Assembly: GCA_963748015.1 (NCBI GenBank)
Contig: CAVVHE010000004.1
Location: 896,001-960,000, forward strand
Length of the DNA: 64,000 nt
Reading direction: 5' to 3'
DNA from: Terriglobia bacterium
GTDB lineage: Bacteria > Acidobacteriota > Polarisedimenticolia > Polarisedimenticolales > JAIQFR01
Of this stretch, positions 41,550-51,711 are shown in pieces. The translations under genes were made by a program, and so were the position numbers. How positions within the stretch are numbered: position 1 is the stretch's first letter; every line of letters begins with the position of its first letter. The notes beneath the pieces were generated by a model that was not told the DNA's origin, did not search any database, and worked only from the letters and a program-made list of their open reading frames with translations.

Positions 41550-43135
41550 ATGAGCGAACGCAAGAGCCTCCTCCGAAGCGCCGGCGCGATCAGCCTGGCC
41601 ACGCTGGTCAGCCGCGTCCTCGGCCTCCTGCGCGATCAGGTCCAGGCCTATTTCTTCGGGGCGGGCATGGTCGCGGACGCGTTTCTCGCGGCGTTCCGCA
41701 TTCCGAATCTCCTGCGCGACCTCTTCGCCGAGGGAGCCCTCTCCTCCGCGTTCGTTCCGACCTTCACGGCGGAAAGGGAGCAGGGGGGGACGAAGCGGCG
41801 TACCGCCTCGCGAACCGGGTCATGACCGCGGTCGCCCTCGTGCTCGGCATCCTCGCGATCCTGATCGCGGTCTTCGCTCCCTACATCCTCAGGGTGTACG
41901 TCCCCGGCTTCGAGCCCGCCAAGATGGCCCTGGCGGTCACGATGACCAGGATTCTCGCCCCGTTCCTGCTCTTCGTGGCGCTCGCCGCGGTGGCGATGGG
42001 GATCCTGAACACTTGCGGGCGCTTCTTCCTGCCCGCGCTCGCCCCCGCCGCGTTCAACCTCGCGGCGATCCTCGGCGTGCTCTGCCTCGTGCCCGTTTTC
42101 AAGCGCCTCGGCGTGCATCCCGGCATGGCCCTCGCGGTGGGCGCGATGGCGGGCGGCGTCCTGCAGTTCCTGGTCCAGGTTCCCGCGATGCGCCGGGAGG
42201 GCTTCCGATTCCGGCCCGAGCTCAAGCCCCGCGATCCGGCCCTTCGGCGCGTCGTGCGGCTGATGGCCCCGGCGACGTTCGGGCTCGCGGCGACCCAGAT
42301 CAACATCCTCGTGGACACCATCCTCGCCTCGCTCTACGGCAACGGACCGATCGCGTGGCTCTCGTACGCTTTCCGCCTCATGCAGCTTCCGCTGGGCCTG
42401 TTCGGCGTGGCGCTCGGCACGGCCAACCTCGCGCGGGTCTCGAGGGACGCGGCGCGAGGAGACGCCGCCGGACTTCGCGCGAATCTCGCCGGCGCGCTGA
42501 GAGCCGCGGCGCTGCTCACGCTGCCCGCGACCGCCGGTCTCGTGGCTCTTCGCGAGCCGATCGTCCGGATCCTGTTCGAGCACGGCCGATTCGGACCGCA
42601 CGACACGCTCAAGACCGCCGCCGCCGTGCTCTGCTACGCCCTGGGGCTCTACGCCTATTCCGTGACCAAGATCCAGGTGCCCACGTTCTACGCGCTGGGT
42701 GACACGCGACTTCCCGTGATCGCCTCGGCCTCCGCGGTCGGTCTCAAGATCGCGGCGAACCTGATCCTCATGGCGGCGCTGCCGCGCGTGGGTATCGATC
42801 CGTTCCTCGGCCTCGCGCTGTCCACGTCCATCGCCGCGTGGACGAACATGGCCATCCTCGAGCGCGGACTCACGAGACGCGCGGGCTCGCTGCGTCAGCA
42901 CGCGGTCGTACCCGCGACCCTGAAGCTGGCGATTCTCTCCGCCGCGATGGGAGCCGCCTGCGCCGCGTGCCAGGCGGCGCTCGAACGATTCGCGGGCGGG
43001 GGCGGTTTCGCGGGGGAGGCCGGCCGTCTCGGCGCGTCGATGGCTCTCGGCATCGGGATCACCGCATGGGGCGTGCACGTCCTGCGCCTTCCGGAGGTCG
43101 AAGCGATCCGGGCCCGTATCCGGGGGAAATCGTGA
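41550..43135 (+). CDS. murJ: Lipid II flippase MurJ (frameshift at G7 run 41783-41789)
   Basis: [53 protein letters not shown]. One extra G restores the frame. Confidence 0.93.
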
Positions 43136-43590
43136 AGGTTCTGGTGCAGCGGGTGTCGCGGGCGGAGGTGCGGGTCGAGGGACGAACGGCCGGCTCGATC
43201 TCGAGCGGCCTTCTCGTCCTCGTGGGCGTCGAGCGCGGCGACACGACGGCGGTTGCCGACTATCTCGCCGACAAGGCCGCCGAGCTCAGGATCTTCGCCG
43301 ACGACGCCGGCAAGATGAACCGCAGCCTAGTCGAGACCGGAGGCGAAGCGCTCGTGGTCTCGCAGTTCACGCTCGCGGGCTCCACGCGGCGGGGACGCCG
43401 CCCCTCGTTCGACGCCGCGGCGGCGCCGGCCGACGCCGATCCGCTCTACCGCCGATTCGCCGCCCGCCTCGCCGAGCGCGGCGTGCGCGTCGCCACCGGC
43501 GTGTTCCAGGCGATGATGGAGGTGGAATCGGTGAACGACGGGCCGGTCACGCTCCTGCTCGATCCGCCGCCGGGAAAGGAACCGGCTTGA
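43132..43590 (+). CDS. dtd: D-aminoacyl-tRNA deacylase
   Basis: VQRVSRA, LRIF.D..GKMN, VSQFTL, GRRPSF, NDGPVT. Confidence 0.96.
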   Translation: MKVLVQRVSRAEVRVEGRTAGSISSGLLVLVGVERGDTTAVADYLADKAAELRIFADDAGKMNRSLVETGGEALVVSQFTLAGSTRRGRRPSFDAAAAPADADPLYRRFAARLAERGVRVATGVFQAMMEVESVNDGPVTLLLDPPPGKEPA

Positions 43591-44504
43591 AGAAGCGCGT
43601 CAACGATCCGGGCCCTCGCGAGCCCTCGGGCTGGCTGTCGAGATACCTCGACCACCTCGCGGCGGAACGCGGACTTTCCCCGAACACGCTGGCCGCGTAC
43701 CGCCGGGACATCGAGGCCCTCGCCCGGGGTCTCGGAGAAAGACGGCCGCCGGAGTCGGCGGAGAAGGACGACCTCTTGCGGCACCTGCGCCGCATGCGTG
43801 TGGCGTCGCGCTCTCCGCGGTCGGTCGCGCGCTGGCTCGTCGCCGTGCGCGGGTTCTTCGCCTTCCTCCTCGCCGAGGAGATCGTCTCGGAAGATCCGAC
43901 CTCCCACCTCGACGCCCCCCGAACGTGGCGGTCGCTGCCGAAGGTCCTGAGCGCGGGAGACGTCGAGGCGCTGATTGCCGCTCCGGACCGGAGCGATCCC
44001 CGCGGCCTGAGGGACGCCGCGATGCTCGAGGTGCTCTATGCGACCGGGCTTCGTGTGAGCGAGCTCACCGGCCTGCGTCTGGGGGATCTCCAGCTCGACG
44101 CGGGCTACGTGCGGTGCATCGGCAAGGGCTCGAAGGAGCGGGTGACCCCCCTCGGCGGCGAGGCGAACGCGGCGCTCCAGCGCTACCTCGCGGTGGGTCG
44201 GCCCGCCCTCATCGGGGCCCGGCGCAACGACGTCCTCTTCGTGAACCACCGCGGCGGGGCGATGACGCGGCAGGGGTTCTGGAAGATCATCCGGGCGTAC
44301 GGCGCGAAGACCGGCCTCAAGGTCCGCCTCTCGCCGCACACGATCCGTCACTCGTTCGCCACCCACCTACTGGAGCACGGCGCCGATCTCCGGTCCGTCC
44401 AGGTCCTGCTCGGCCACGCGGACATCTCGACCACGCAGATCTACACCCACGTCAGCCGCGAGCGCCTGAAGCGGCTCTACAAGGACCATCACCCGCGAGC
44501 GTAG
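43587..44504 (+). CDS. xerD: Site-specific tyrosine recombinase XerD
   Basis: ERGLSPNTLAAY, LYATGLRVSEL, GKGSKER, HTIRHSFATHLL, LLGHADISTTQIYTHV, HPRA. Confidence 0.95.
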   Translation: MKKRVNDPGPREPSGWLSRYLDHLAAERGLSPNTLAAYRRDIEALARGLGERRPPESAEKDDLLRHLRRMRVASRSPRSVARWLVAVRGFFAFLLAEEIVSEDPTSHLDAPRTWRSLPKVLSAGDVEALIAAPDRSDPRGLRDAAMLEVLYATGLRVSELTGLRLGDLQLDAGYVRCIGKGSKERVTPLGGEANAALQRYLAVGRPALIGARRNDVLFVNHRGGAMTRQGFWKIIRAYGAKTGLKVRLSPHTIRHSFATHLLEHGADLRSVQVLLGHADISTTQIYTHVSRERLKRLYKDHHPRA

Positions 44505-44559
44505 GGAGAATCGCCCCCCGCTGTTGTAAGCGGCCGCCCAACGGGCTTACCCTGATGTC

Positions 44560-47187
44560 GTGATCCTGGTCACCACTCACGAGAGCGCGGACTTCGACTG
44601 CGCTGCGGGCGTCCTCGCCGCGCTCCTCCTGCACCCCGGAGCGATCGCGGCCTTTCCGGGCTCCAAGTCGCCGGCCGTGAAGGCGTACCTCGAGGCCGAG
44701 CCGTCGCTCCTTCCCGAGACCCGATCCCGCGACGTGGACCTCGAATCGGTGACGGGCCTCGTGCTGGTGGACACGGCGTCGCCGGAGCGGATCGGCAGGT
44801 TTCGAGAGCTCCTCACTTCGCCCCGCGCCGTGCCGCTGACCTGCTACGACCACCACCCCGCGGGGGAGGATCCGCCGGGCGCCGTGGTGCACCGGCGGCC
44901 GACCGGGGCGGTGAGCACGCTGATGGCGTCCTTGCTGGCGGACCGCGGCATCGGGATCACGCCGAGCCAGGCCACCTTCCTCGCGCTCGGCATCTACGAG
45001 GACACCGGGAGCCTCGTGCACGCGGGTACCACGGTCGAGGATCTGCGAGCCGCGGCCTGGCTGGTGGAGCGGGGGGCCGACCTCTCCCGCGTCGCCAGGA
45101 CGCTCGCGCGCGGCCTCACGCCGGACCAGGTGGACCTCTACCACGCGATCCTCCACGACGCGCGTCCCTATCGCATCCGGGGCCAGGAGGTGACGGTCGC
45201 GGCGGTCGCCGCGGAGCGCTTCGTTCCCGAGGCGTCGGTCGTCGTCCAGCAGTTCATCCAGGCGGCCGCGATCGACCGGATGGCCGCGCTGATCCGCATG
45301 GAGGACCGGATCGTCCTCATCGTGCGGAGCCGGGCGCCGGACCTCGACGCCTCGCGGCTGGCGGCGGTGTTCGGAGGGGGAGGGCACCCCTCGGCGGCCT
45401 CCGCGATTCTCCACGGCGCCACCCTGATCGAGGGGAAGGACGCCCTCCTCGCCGCCCTTCGAGAGACCCTGGTCCCCTCGGTCCGCGCCGCGGATCTCGC
45501 GCACCCGATCCTCTACACCGTCGCCGCGGGATCGAGCGTGGAAGACGCGGTGGCCCTCATGAACCGGCACAGGATCAACGCGCTGCCCGTGGTGGAGCGG
45601 GGTAGCGTGACCGGGGCCCTCACGCGGCAGATCGCCGACAGCGCGCTGCACCACGGAATGGGATCGACGGCCGTCAGGGATTTCGTCTCCGCGGAGATGG
45701 AGATCGTCCCCCCGGAGGCCGATCTCGAGACCCTGGAGAGGCGCCTCCTCGCCAGGAACCTCCGCTTCGTCCTGGTCGGGGACGGACCGGACCGGATCAC
45801 GGGGCTCGTCACCCGGACGTCCCTCCTGCGGCACCTGTACGAGCGCGAAGCCGCCGCCAGGCCGGGAAGGGAACCGGGGGGAGGCGACGCCGGCGCCGAG
45901 GGGGGACTCGACCTCTCTCCCATGATGCAGCGCAGGCTTGCCACGCGAGGGATCGACGTGCTCCGGGCCCTGGGCGACCTCGCGTCCGAGAGCGGAGCCC
46001 CCGCGTACCTGGTGGGGGGCGTGGTGCGAGATCTCCTGCTCAAACGGGAGAACCGCGATCTGGACGTCGTGGTGGAGGGGGATGCCTGCGCTCTCGCGGC
46101 GGCCCTCGCCACGAAGCTCGGCGGCCGCCTCCGAGTCCACGAGGCGTTCCAGACGGCCGCGCTCTTCTTCGACGACGGCCTGCGGCTCGACCTCGCGTCC
46201 GCCCGCACCGAGCACTACCGCCGCCCCGGCGCGCTGCCCGAGGTGGCGCGCGGCGGCCTGCGGCAGGATCTGTTCCGCCGCGACTTCACGATCAACGCTC
46301 TCGCGGTCCGGCTCACCCCGCCGGGGTTCGGCCGGCTCATCGATTTCTTCGGCGGACGCAAGGACCTCGTCGACGGGAAGATCCGGGTGCTCCACGGGCT
46401 TTCGTTCATCGAGGACCCGACGCGCGCCCTCCGCGGGATCCGCTTCGCCGTCCGGCTCGATTTCGAGATCGCGAGGGAGACGGCGCACCTGATCCGGGTC
46501 GCGCGCCGCGAGCGGGTGTTCGATCGCCTGACGCCCCTTCGCCTGCGTCGCGAGATCGAGCAGCTCTTCGGCGAGAAGAGGGCGCTCAAGGCGATCGAGA
46601 GGATGAAGGAGTTCGGCCTCCTGTCGGTCCTGCACGCGGACCTCGACCCGGGACGACGGACGATCGCGCGTCTCGAGAGGGCCGAGGAGGCCCTGGGGTG
46701 GTACCGGCTCCTCTACCGGGACGAGGCGCTGCTGGGCTGGACGGTGATCTTGGGGGTGCTCTCGGAGGAGCTGCCGCCTTCCGCGCGGCGGGAAATGCTC
46801 GCGCGGCTCAAGCCCGGCCGCGGCGCGATGCGGATCCTCGAGGATGCCCCCGAGCGGGTCCGGCGAATCGCCTCGCGCCTCGCCAAGCGCGCGCATCCGT
46901 CGAGCCGGATCCACGAGGCCTGCAGGGGCGAGCCCACGGAGATGCTGCTGATGGTGATGGCCCTGACAGGGCGGGAGGAGACCCGAAAAGCGGTGTCGGA
47001 TTATCTCTCCCGCCTCCGGGACGTGAAGCCGGATATCGACGGGAACGACCTGCTTCGGGCAGGGGTCACGGAGGGGCCCCGGGTGGCCGTCGGCCTCGAT
47101 GCGGCCCTTCGGGCGAAGCTCGACGGGAAAGCCCCCGGCAGGGACGAGCAGCTTGCCGCGGCCCTCGCCGCGCTCGGTCGCGCTTGA
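44560..47187 (+). CDS. tRNA nucleotidyltransferase (A-adding/CCA type) with N-terminal DHH-DHHA1 and CBS domains
   Basis: THESADFD, YDHH, GIYEDTG, GGGGHPSAASA; CBS pair; VGGVVRDLLL...DLDVVV, RRDFTINAL, EDPTR. Confidence 0.9.
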   Translation: MILVTTHESADFDCAAGVLAALLLHPGAIAAFPGSKSPAVKAYLEAEPSLLPETRSRDVDLESVTGLVLVDTASPERIGRFRELLTSPRAVPLTCYDHHPAGEDPPGAVVHRRPTGAVSTLMASLLADRGIGITPSQATFLALGIYEDTGSLVHAGTTVEDLRAAAWLVERGADLSRVARTLARGLTPDQVDLYHAILHDARPYRIRGQEVTVAAVAAERFVPEASVVVQQFIQAAAIDRMAALIRMEDRIVLIVRSRAPDLDASRLAAVFGGGGHPSAASAILHGATLIEGKDALLAALRETLVPSVRAADLAHPILYTVAAGSSVEDAVALMNRHRINALPVVERGSVTGALTRQIADSALHHGMGSTAVRDFVSAEMEIVPPEADLETLERRLLARNLRFVLVGDGPDRITGLVTRTSLLRHLYEREAAARPGREPGGGDAGAEGGLDLSPMMQRRLATRGIDVLRALGDLASESGAPAYLVGGVVRDLLLKRENRDLDVVVEGDACALAAALATKLGGRLRVHEAFQTAALFFDDGLRLDLASARTEHYRRPGALPEVARGGLRQDLFRRDFTINALAVRLTPPGFGRLIDFFGGRKDLVDGKIRVLHGLSFIEDPTRALRGIRFAVRLDFEIARETAHLIRVARRERVFDRLTPLRLRREIEQLFGEKRALKAIERMKEFGLLSVLHADLDPGRRTIARLERAEEALGWYRLLYRDEALLGWTVILGVLSEELPPSARREMLARLKPGRGAMRILEDAPERVRRIASRLAKRAHPSSRIHEACRGEPTEMLLMVMALTGREETRKAVSDYLSRLRDVKPDIDGNDLLRAGVTEGPRVAVGLDAALRAKLDGKAPGRDEQLAAALAALGRA

Positions 47188-47248
47188 CAGTGGGCGCGCC
47201 CCTCGTTTATCCCTAAGCGGCGATCGGCGGGTTGCCGGGGGAGGACAT

Positions 47249-48220
47249 GTGAGCGAAGAGCGCTTCGAGGACCCGATTCTCGAGCTGGAGCGGAAGATCG
47301 AGTCGCTCTCCGGAATGGGCGACGACATCTCCATCCGCCGGCAGCGCGAGCGCCTAGAGCGCGAGCTCGAAGAGACCCGCGCGAAGATCTACTCCTCGCT
47401 AACCCCCTGGCAGAAGACGATCGTCGCGCGCCATCCGCGCCGCCCCTACACGCTGGACTACGTCAGGAACCTGATCGAGGGGTTCGTCGAGATCCACGGC
47501 GACCGGAAGTACGCCGACGATCCGGCCATCGTCACGGGCTTCGGGGTGTTCCGGGGCCGTCCCGTGGCCATCGTCGGGCACCAGAAGGGCCGGGACACGA
47601 AGGAGAAGATCTACCGGAATTTCGGCATGCCGCGGCCGGAGGGATACCGCAAGGCGATGCGCCTCATGCGCCTCGCGGAGAAGTTCGGACGGCCCATCTT
47701 GAGCTTCATCGACACCCCCGGGGCCTATCCCGGCATCGGCGCGGAGGAGAGGGGACAGGCCGAGGCCATCGCGTTCAACCTCAGGGAGATGGCGAGGCTG
47801 CGCGTTCCCGTCGTCGTGACCGTGACGGGAGAGGGGGGGAGCGGCGGCGCGCTCGCGATCGGCGTGGGAAACCGCGTCAACATCCTCGAGTTCGCCGTCT
47901 ACTCGGTGATCAGCCCGGAAGGATGCGCGGCGATTCTCTGGCGCGACCCTTCGAGGAGCCGCGACGCCGCGCTGGCCATGAAGACGACGGCGCCCGACCT
48001 CTACCGGCTCGACATCGTGGACGAGGTGATCCCCGAGGTCGCGGGGGGCGCGCACGTGGACCCGGCCCGGCAGGCGGCGATCATCGGCGATACGGTGGAG
48101 CGGCAGATCCGCGAGCTCGATCGCCTCGAACCCGACGGGCTGGTCTCCCAGCGATACGAGCGCTTCCGCAAGCTCGGCAAGTTCACGGACGCCGCTCCGG
48201 GAGTCGCGGCGGCGGGTTAG
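47249..48220 (+). CDS. accA: Acetyl-CoA carboxylase carboxyltransferase alpha subunit
   Basis: ARHPRRP, HQKGRDTKE, PEGYRKA, DTPGAYPG, GEGGSGGAL. Confidence 0.97.
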   Translation: MSEERFEDPILELERKIESLSGMGDDISIRRQRERLERELEETRAKIYSSLTPWQKTIVARHPRRPYTLDYVRNLIEGFVEIHGDRKYADDPAIVTGFGVFRGRPVAIVGHQKGRDTKEKIYRNFGMPRPEGYRKAMRLMRLAEKFGRPILSFIDTPGAYPGIGAEERGQAEAIAFNLREMARLRVPVVVTVTGEGGSGGALAIGVGNRVNILEFAVYSVISPEGCAAILWRDPSRSRDAALAMKTTAPDLYRLDIVDEVIPEVAGGAHVDPARQAAIIGDTVERQIRELDRLEPDGLVSQRYERFRKLGKFTDAAPGVAAAG

Positions 48221-48244
48221 CCGCCGGCGGCGCCCGCCGGGAGG

Positions 48245-49054
48245 TCAGCGCCGCTCCGCCTCCTTGGCCTCGTTCCACAGCCGGTCCATGCGTTCGAGGC
48301 CGGCCTCCTCGACCGGAATACCGAGGCGCTCGAGCTCCGCCTCGACCCGCGAGAAACGGGAAGCGAACTTCCGGTTGGCCGCCTCGAGCGCCTCCTCGGG
48401 ATCCACGCCGAGGCGGCGACCGAGATTGGCGGCCGAGAAGAGCAAGTCGCCCAGCTCCTCACGGGCGGCGTCGAGGTCCCGTCCCAGGACCGCGGATCGG
48501 AGTTCCTCGAGCTCTTCGGAGAGCTTGTCCACCACCCCGGCGTCGTTCGGCCAGTCGAACCCCACCCTGGCGGCCTTGGTGGACAGGCGCTGGGCCTTGA
48601 GCAGCGCCGGCAGGGCCCGGGGCACCCCCGCCAGCACCGAGCCCCCCTTCCGCGGGCCGCCCGCTCCTTCGGCCTCGTCCTTCTCGCGCCGCTTGATCTC
48701 CTCCCAGCGGCGGAGCACCTCATCCGAGGTGTCGGCCCGCGCTTCGCCGAAAACGTGCGGATGGCGGCGCACCATCTTCTCCGAGATCCCCCGGACGACG
48801 TCCGCCGCCGCGAAGCCCCCCTCTTCCTTGGCGAGACGGCTCAGGAAGACCACCTGGAAGAGGAGGTCGCCGAGCTCTTCCCGCAGCGCGCCGCGATCCC
48901 CGTCGTCGATGGCGTCGACGACCTCGTGGCACTCCTCGAGAAGGTAGCCGCGCAGGGAGGCGAAGGTCTGCTCCCGGTCCCACGGGCAGCCGTCCGGCCC
49001 GCGCAGCCGGTCCATCAGGGCCACGAGATCCTCGAATCGATCGCTCGGTTCCAT
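48245..49054 (-). CDS. mazG: Nucleoside triphosphate pyrophosphohydrolase MazG
   Basis: GCPWDREQT, EELGDLLFQ, RRHPHVFG, VGFDW, ANRKF. Confidence 0.97.
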   Translation of the reverse strand: MEPSDRFEDLVALMDRLRGPDGCPWDREQTFASLRGYLLEECHEVVDAIDDGDRGALREELGDLLFQVVFLSRLAKEEGGFAAADVVRGISEKMVRRHPHVFGEARADTSDEVLRRWEEIKRREKDEAEGAGGPRKGGSVLAGVPRALPALLKAQRLSTKAARVGFDWPNDAGVVDKLSEELEELRSAVLGRDLDAAREELGDLLFSAANLGRRLGVDPEEALEAANRKFASRFSRVEAELERLGIPVEEAGLERMDRLWNEAKEAERR

Positions 49055-49233
49055 GCGGGGTGCTCTCCTTGACTCCCCCCGTACCGCGGCACATCTTTGA
49101 CCGCGGTTGCGGCGTCCTCGTCGGACGGTCGCCCCGGGTGCGCGATTGGAATTGAAACGCGAAGAAGGAGGATGGTACCATCCCGCGGCGATCGCGCGCG
49201 CGCGGGGAAGCGACGCCTGCGTCGGAGGGCGGG

Positions 49234-49698
49234 ATGACCGAGAACGATTCGCCCGGTGGGAAGGGCGCGAGCCGGCCGGTGCCGGCTTTCAAGGTGAAGG
49301 ACAGGCGCCACTTCACACCCGAGGGGGAGATCCGTTCCGGCGGCCCGAGCGAGCCCGACGAGCCGGAGAGCCCGCCCCCGCCCCCGGAGAACCGCTCGCC
49401 GAGGGAGAGCCACCCGGGTTTCGAGCGTCGGCCGCTCGAGGATCCCGAGGACGTCAGCTTCACCATGCTGATCAACGCGATGGCGCAGCCCGCCCTTCTC
49501 TTCCTCGGGGAGATCCCTCACCCGGCGACCGGGCAGCCGACGATCGATCCCGAGAAGGCGAAGCTGCAAATCGACATGCTGGAGCTCCTGAGGGTGAAAT
49601 GCCGGGGCAACCTGTCGCCGCAGGAGGAGACCCTCCTCGAGCAGGTGCTCTACCAGCTCCGCATGCTCTACGTCGCGCGAGTCGGCCCCGCACGCTGA
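49234..49698 (+). CDS. DUF1844 domain protein
   Basis: FKVKDRRHF, LGEIPHP.TG, IDMLELL..K..GNL..QE..LL..VLYQLRM. Confidence 0.8.
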   Translation: MTENDSPGGKGASRPVPAFKVKDRRHFTPEGEIRSGGPSEPDEPESPPPPPENRSPRESHPGFERRPLEDPEDVSFTMLINAMAQPALLFLGEIPHPATGQPTIDPEKAKLQIDMLELLRVKCRGNLSPQEETLLEQVLYQLRMLYVARVGPAR

Positions 49699-51710
49699 TC
49701 TCGCTTCCTCTCGTTCTGACGCTCCTCCTCGGCGCGGCGGGTTCCGTGTGCGCCGACACCGGGGTCATCCGGCTTGCAACGCCGCCTCGGGACGCCGAGG
49801 CGGTGGAGTCCTCCCCGCAGGACGGCGGGATCGCGGCTCTCAAGGAGATCAGGCGGGGCTTCGATTTCGAGTCGTTCCAGACCCGGCTCGAGGGGATGTG
49901 GTTCCAGAGGAAGGCGTTTCTCGCCGACGGGCGGGACGCGGACGCCGCCCGCCAATCCGACCTCATTCGCGCGTTCTGCGCGGAGGAAGGGCTTCACCGC
50001 GTGGAGGGGGTCGCGGCAGCGCTGGTGGCCGAGTCCCGGCGGTACGCGCACGACGGGGGCTACGAGAAGGCCCTTCGCTCGCTCGACCTCGCGGAGGCAT
50101 TCGATCCCGGCTCGTCGCAGATCCGTCTCGCAAGGGCCGCCGTCTTCTGGAAGTCGAGCGGCGGGCTGCTTTCGGCGGCGGGGGAGTTCTTCCAGGCCGC
50201 CCGCGCGCAGCTCCGGGAGGCCTGGACGAGCCTCGGCCTCGTCAACGAGATGGCGCTGGTGCTCGTCTTCGCGCTCCTCGGTTGTCTGACCGCCTTCTCC
50301 GCGCTCCTGGCGGCGCGCCACCACGTCGCCGTCCGCCACGAGATCGAGGAGGAGCTGCTGCGGCGAGGCATCGAGCGGTGGGCCCCCGCCGCGGGCTGGG
50401 CGATGCTGCTCCTGCCCCTGCTCTCCTGGATCTTCGCGGGCTGGATCGCTCTCTACTGGATCGTCGTGACCTTCCGCGTGACCGGGAGGGCCGAGCGGCT
50501 CGTCGCGTCCGCGTTGCTCCTCGGGGCCGTCGCGTCCGTCCCGGCCTATCGCGTGGGCGTGGCCATCTACGGACTCACCGCCGATCCGATCGTCCGCACC
50601 TCGCTCGCGGCGGCCTCGGGCAGGTACGATCCCGACCGGATCGTCAAGATGCGCGAGCTGGTCGAGACCCATCCCAGCGAGCCGATCTACCGATTCCTCC
50701 TCGCCGGACTGTACAAGAACGGCCGGTACTTCGAGGACGCCTATCGCGAGTACAAGCAGGTCCTCGCCATCGACCGCGACACCTACCCGGCGCTCGTGAA
50801 CCTGGGGAACATCTTCTTCCAGACCGGCCAGTACTCCGAGGCCGCGGTGCTGTACAAGCGGGCCATCGAGGTCGAGCCGAGGTCCATCCTGGCCTACTAC
50901 GACCTCCACCTCGCGCAGTCCGAGGCGTTCAACTTCAAGGAAGCCGAGGGCTCGCTCAACCGCGCGAAGGACATCGACCCGAAAGCGATCGCGGATCTGC
51001 TCTCGCGCCACGGCAGGGAAGGGGACCGTCCGACGGTGGTCGACGCGACCGTGGGCGTGGGGACCATCATGCGAGCGACCCTCTCAGGGGGTCAGCTGCG
51101 GGGGTGGCTCGAGAGCAGCCGTTCCGATGGAGCGGGTCGCGAGATCGTACGGCAATTCCTGAATCCGACGAGCGTCGTGTCGCTCCTGGCGCTGATCGCG
51201 GGGCTCGCGGCCGTCGTCTCGGCGGCGCGGCACCCGGCGGCGCGAGCCTGCGCGCGCTGCGGCCGCCCGTTCTGCCACCTCTGCAAGAGCGCGAGGGACG
51301 GCAACGACTACTGCACCCAGTGCGTCCATCTCTTCGTGCTGGGAGACGGACTCGCTCCCGAAACCAAGACGAAGAAGCTCTACGAGATCGAGCGGCATGA
51401 GCGCCTGGGCCGGATCTTCCGGCGAATCGTCTCCGCCGTCATGCCAGGCGCGGGCGACGTTCTGGCGGGGAAGCCGGCGCTCGGCGCCGCGCTGCTCCTT
51501 CTGTGGCTGACCGCCTGGATCGCCTGGCGGCCCCAGATCTTCGCGCCGGTCCAGCATCTGATGGGGGCGGACCTGAGGCTGGACCTGCTGCGCTCGGGCG
51601 GCATGTCCACCTCGTTCCTGCTCGGCCCGGCGGCGGTCGTCTGCGCGCCGCTGGCCGCGTTCGTCTGGCTCGCCGGAAACATGCGGCGCACGCGCCGCCT
51701 CGGGGCCTAG
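49599..51710 (+). CDS. Multi-pass membrane TPR protein with a Cys-rich zinc-finger-like segment (start uncertain, 49599 ATG or about 49695)
   Basis: Signal-like N-terminus, several TM helices, TPRs (ALVNLGNIFF), CARCGRPFCHLC...YCTQC. Confidence 0.78.
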   Translation: MPGQPVAAGGDPPRAGALPAPHALRRASRPRTLISLPLVLTLLLGAAGSVCADTGVIRLATPPRDAEAVESSPQDGGIAALKEIRRGFDFESFQTRLEGMWFQRKAFLADGRDADAARQSDLIRAFCAEEGLHRVEGVAAALVAESRRYAHDGGYEKALRSLDLAEAFDPGSSQIRLARAAVFWKSSGGLLSAAGEFFQAARAQLREAWTSLGLVNEMALVLVFALLGCLTAFSALLAARHHVAVRHEIEEELLRRGIERWAPAAGWAMLLLPLLSWIFAGWIALYWIVVTFRVTGRAERLVASALLLGAVASVPAYRVGVAIYGLTADPIVRTSLAAASGRYDPDRIVKMRELVETHPSEPIYRFLLAGLYKNGRYFEDAYREYKQVLAIDRDTYPALVNLGNIFFQTGQYSEAAVLYKRAIEVEPRSILAYYDLHLAQSEAFNFKEAEGSLNRAKDIDPKAIADLLSRHGREGDRPTVVDATVGVGTIMRATLSGGQLRGWLESSRSDGAGREIVRQFLNPTSVVSLLALIAGLAAVVSAARHPAARACARCGRPFCHLCKSARDGNDYCTQCVHLFVLGDGLAPETKTKKLYEIERHERLGRIFRRIVSAVMPGAGDVLAGKPALGAALLLLWLTAWIAWRPQIFAPVQHLMGADLRLDLLRSGGMSTSFLLGPAAVVCAPLAAFVWLAGNMRRTRRLGA

Positions 51711-51711
51711 G

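Noticed and set aside
43587..44504. Tyrosine recombinase as a mobile-element integrase
   Set aside because: It has XerD-type signatures (ERGLS.NT, C-terminal HPRA) and overlaps dtd in a housekeeping operon.
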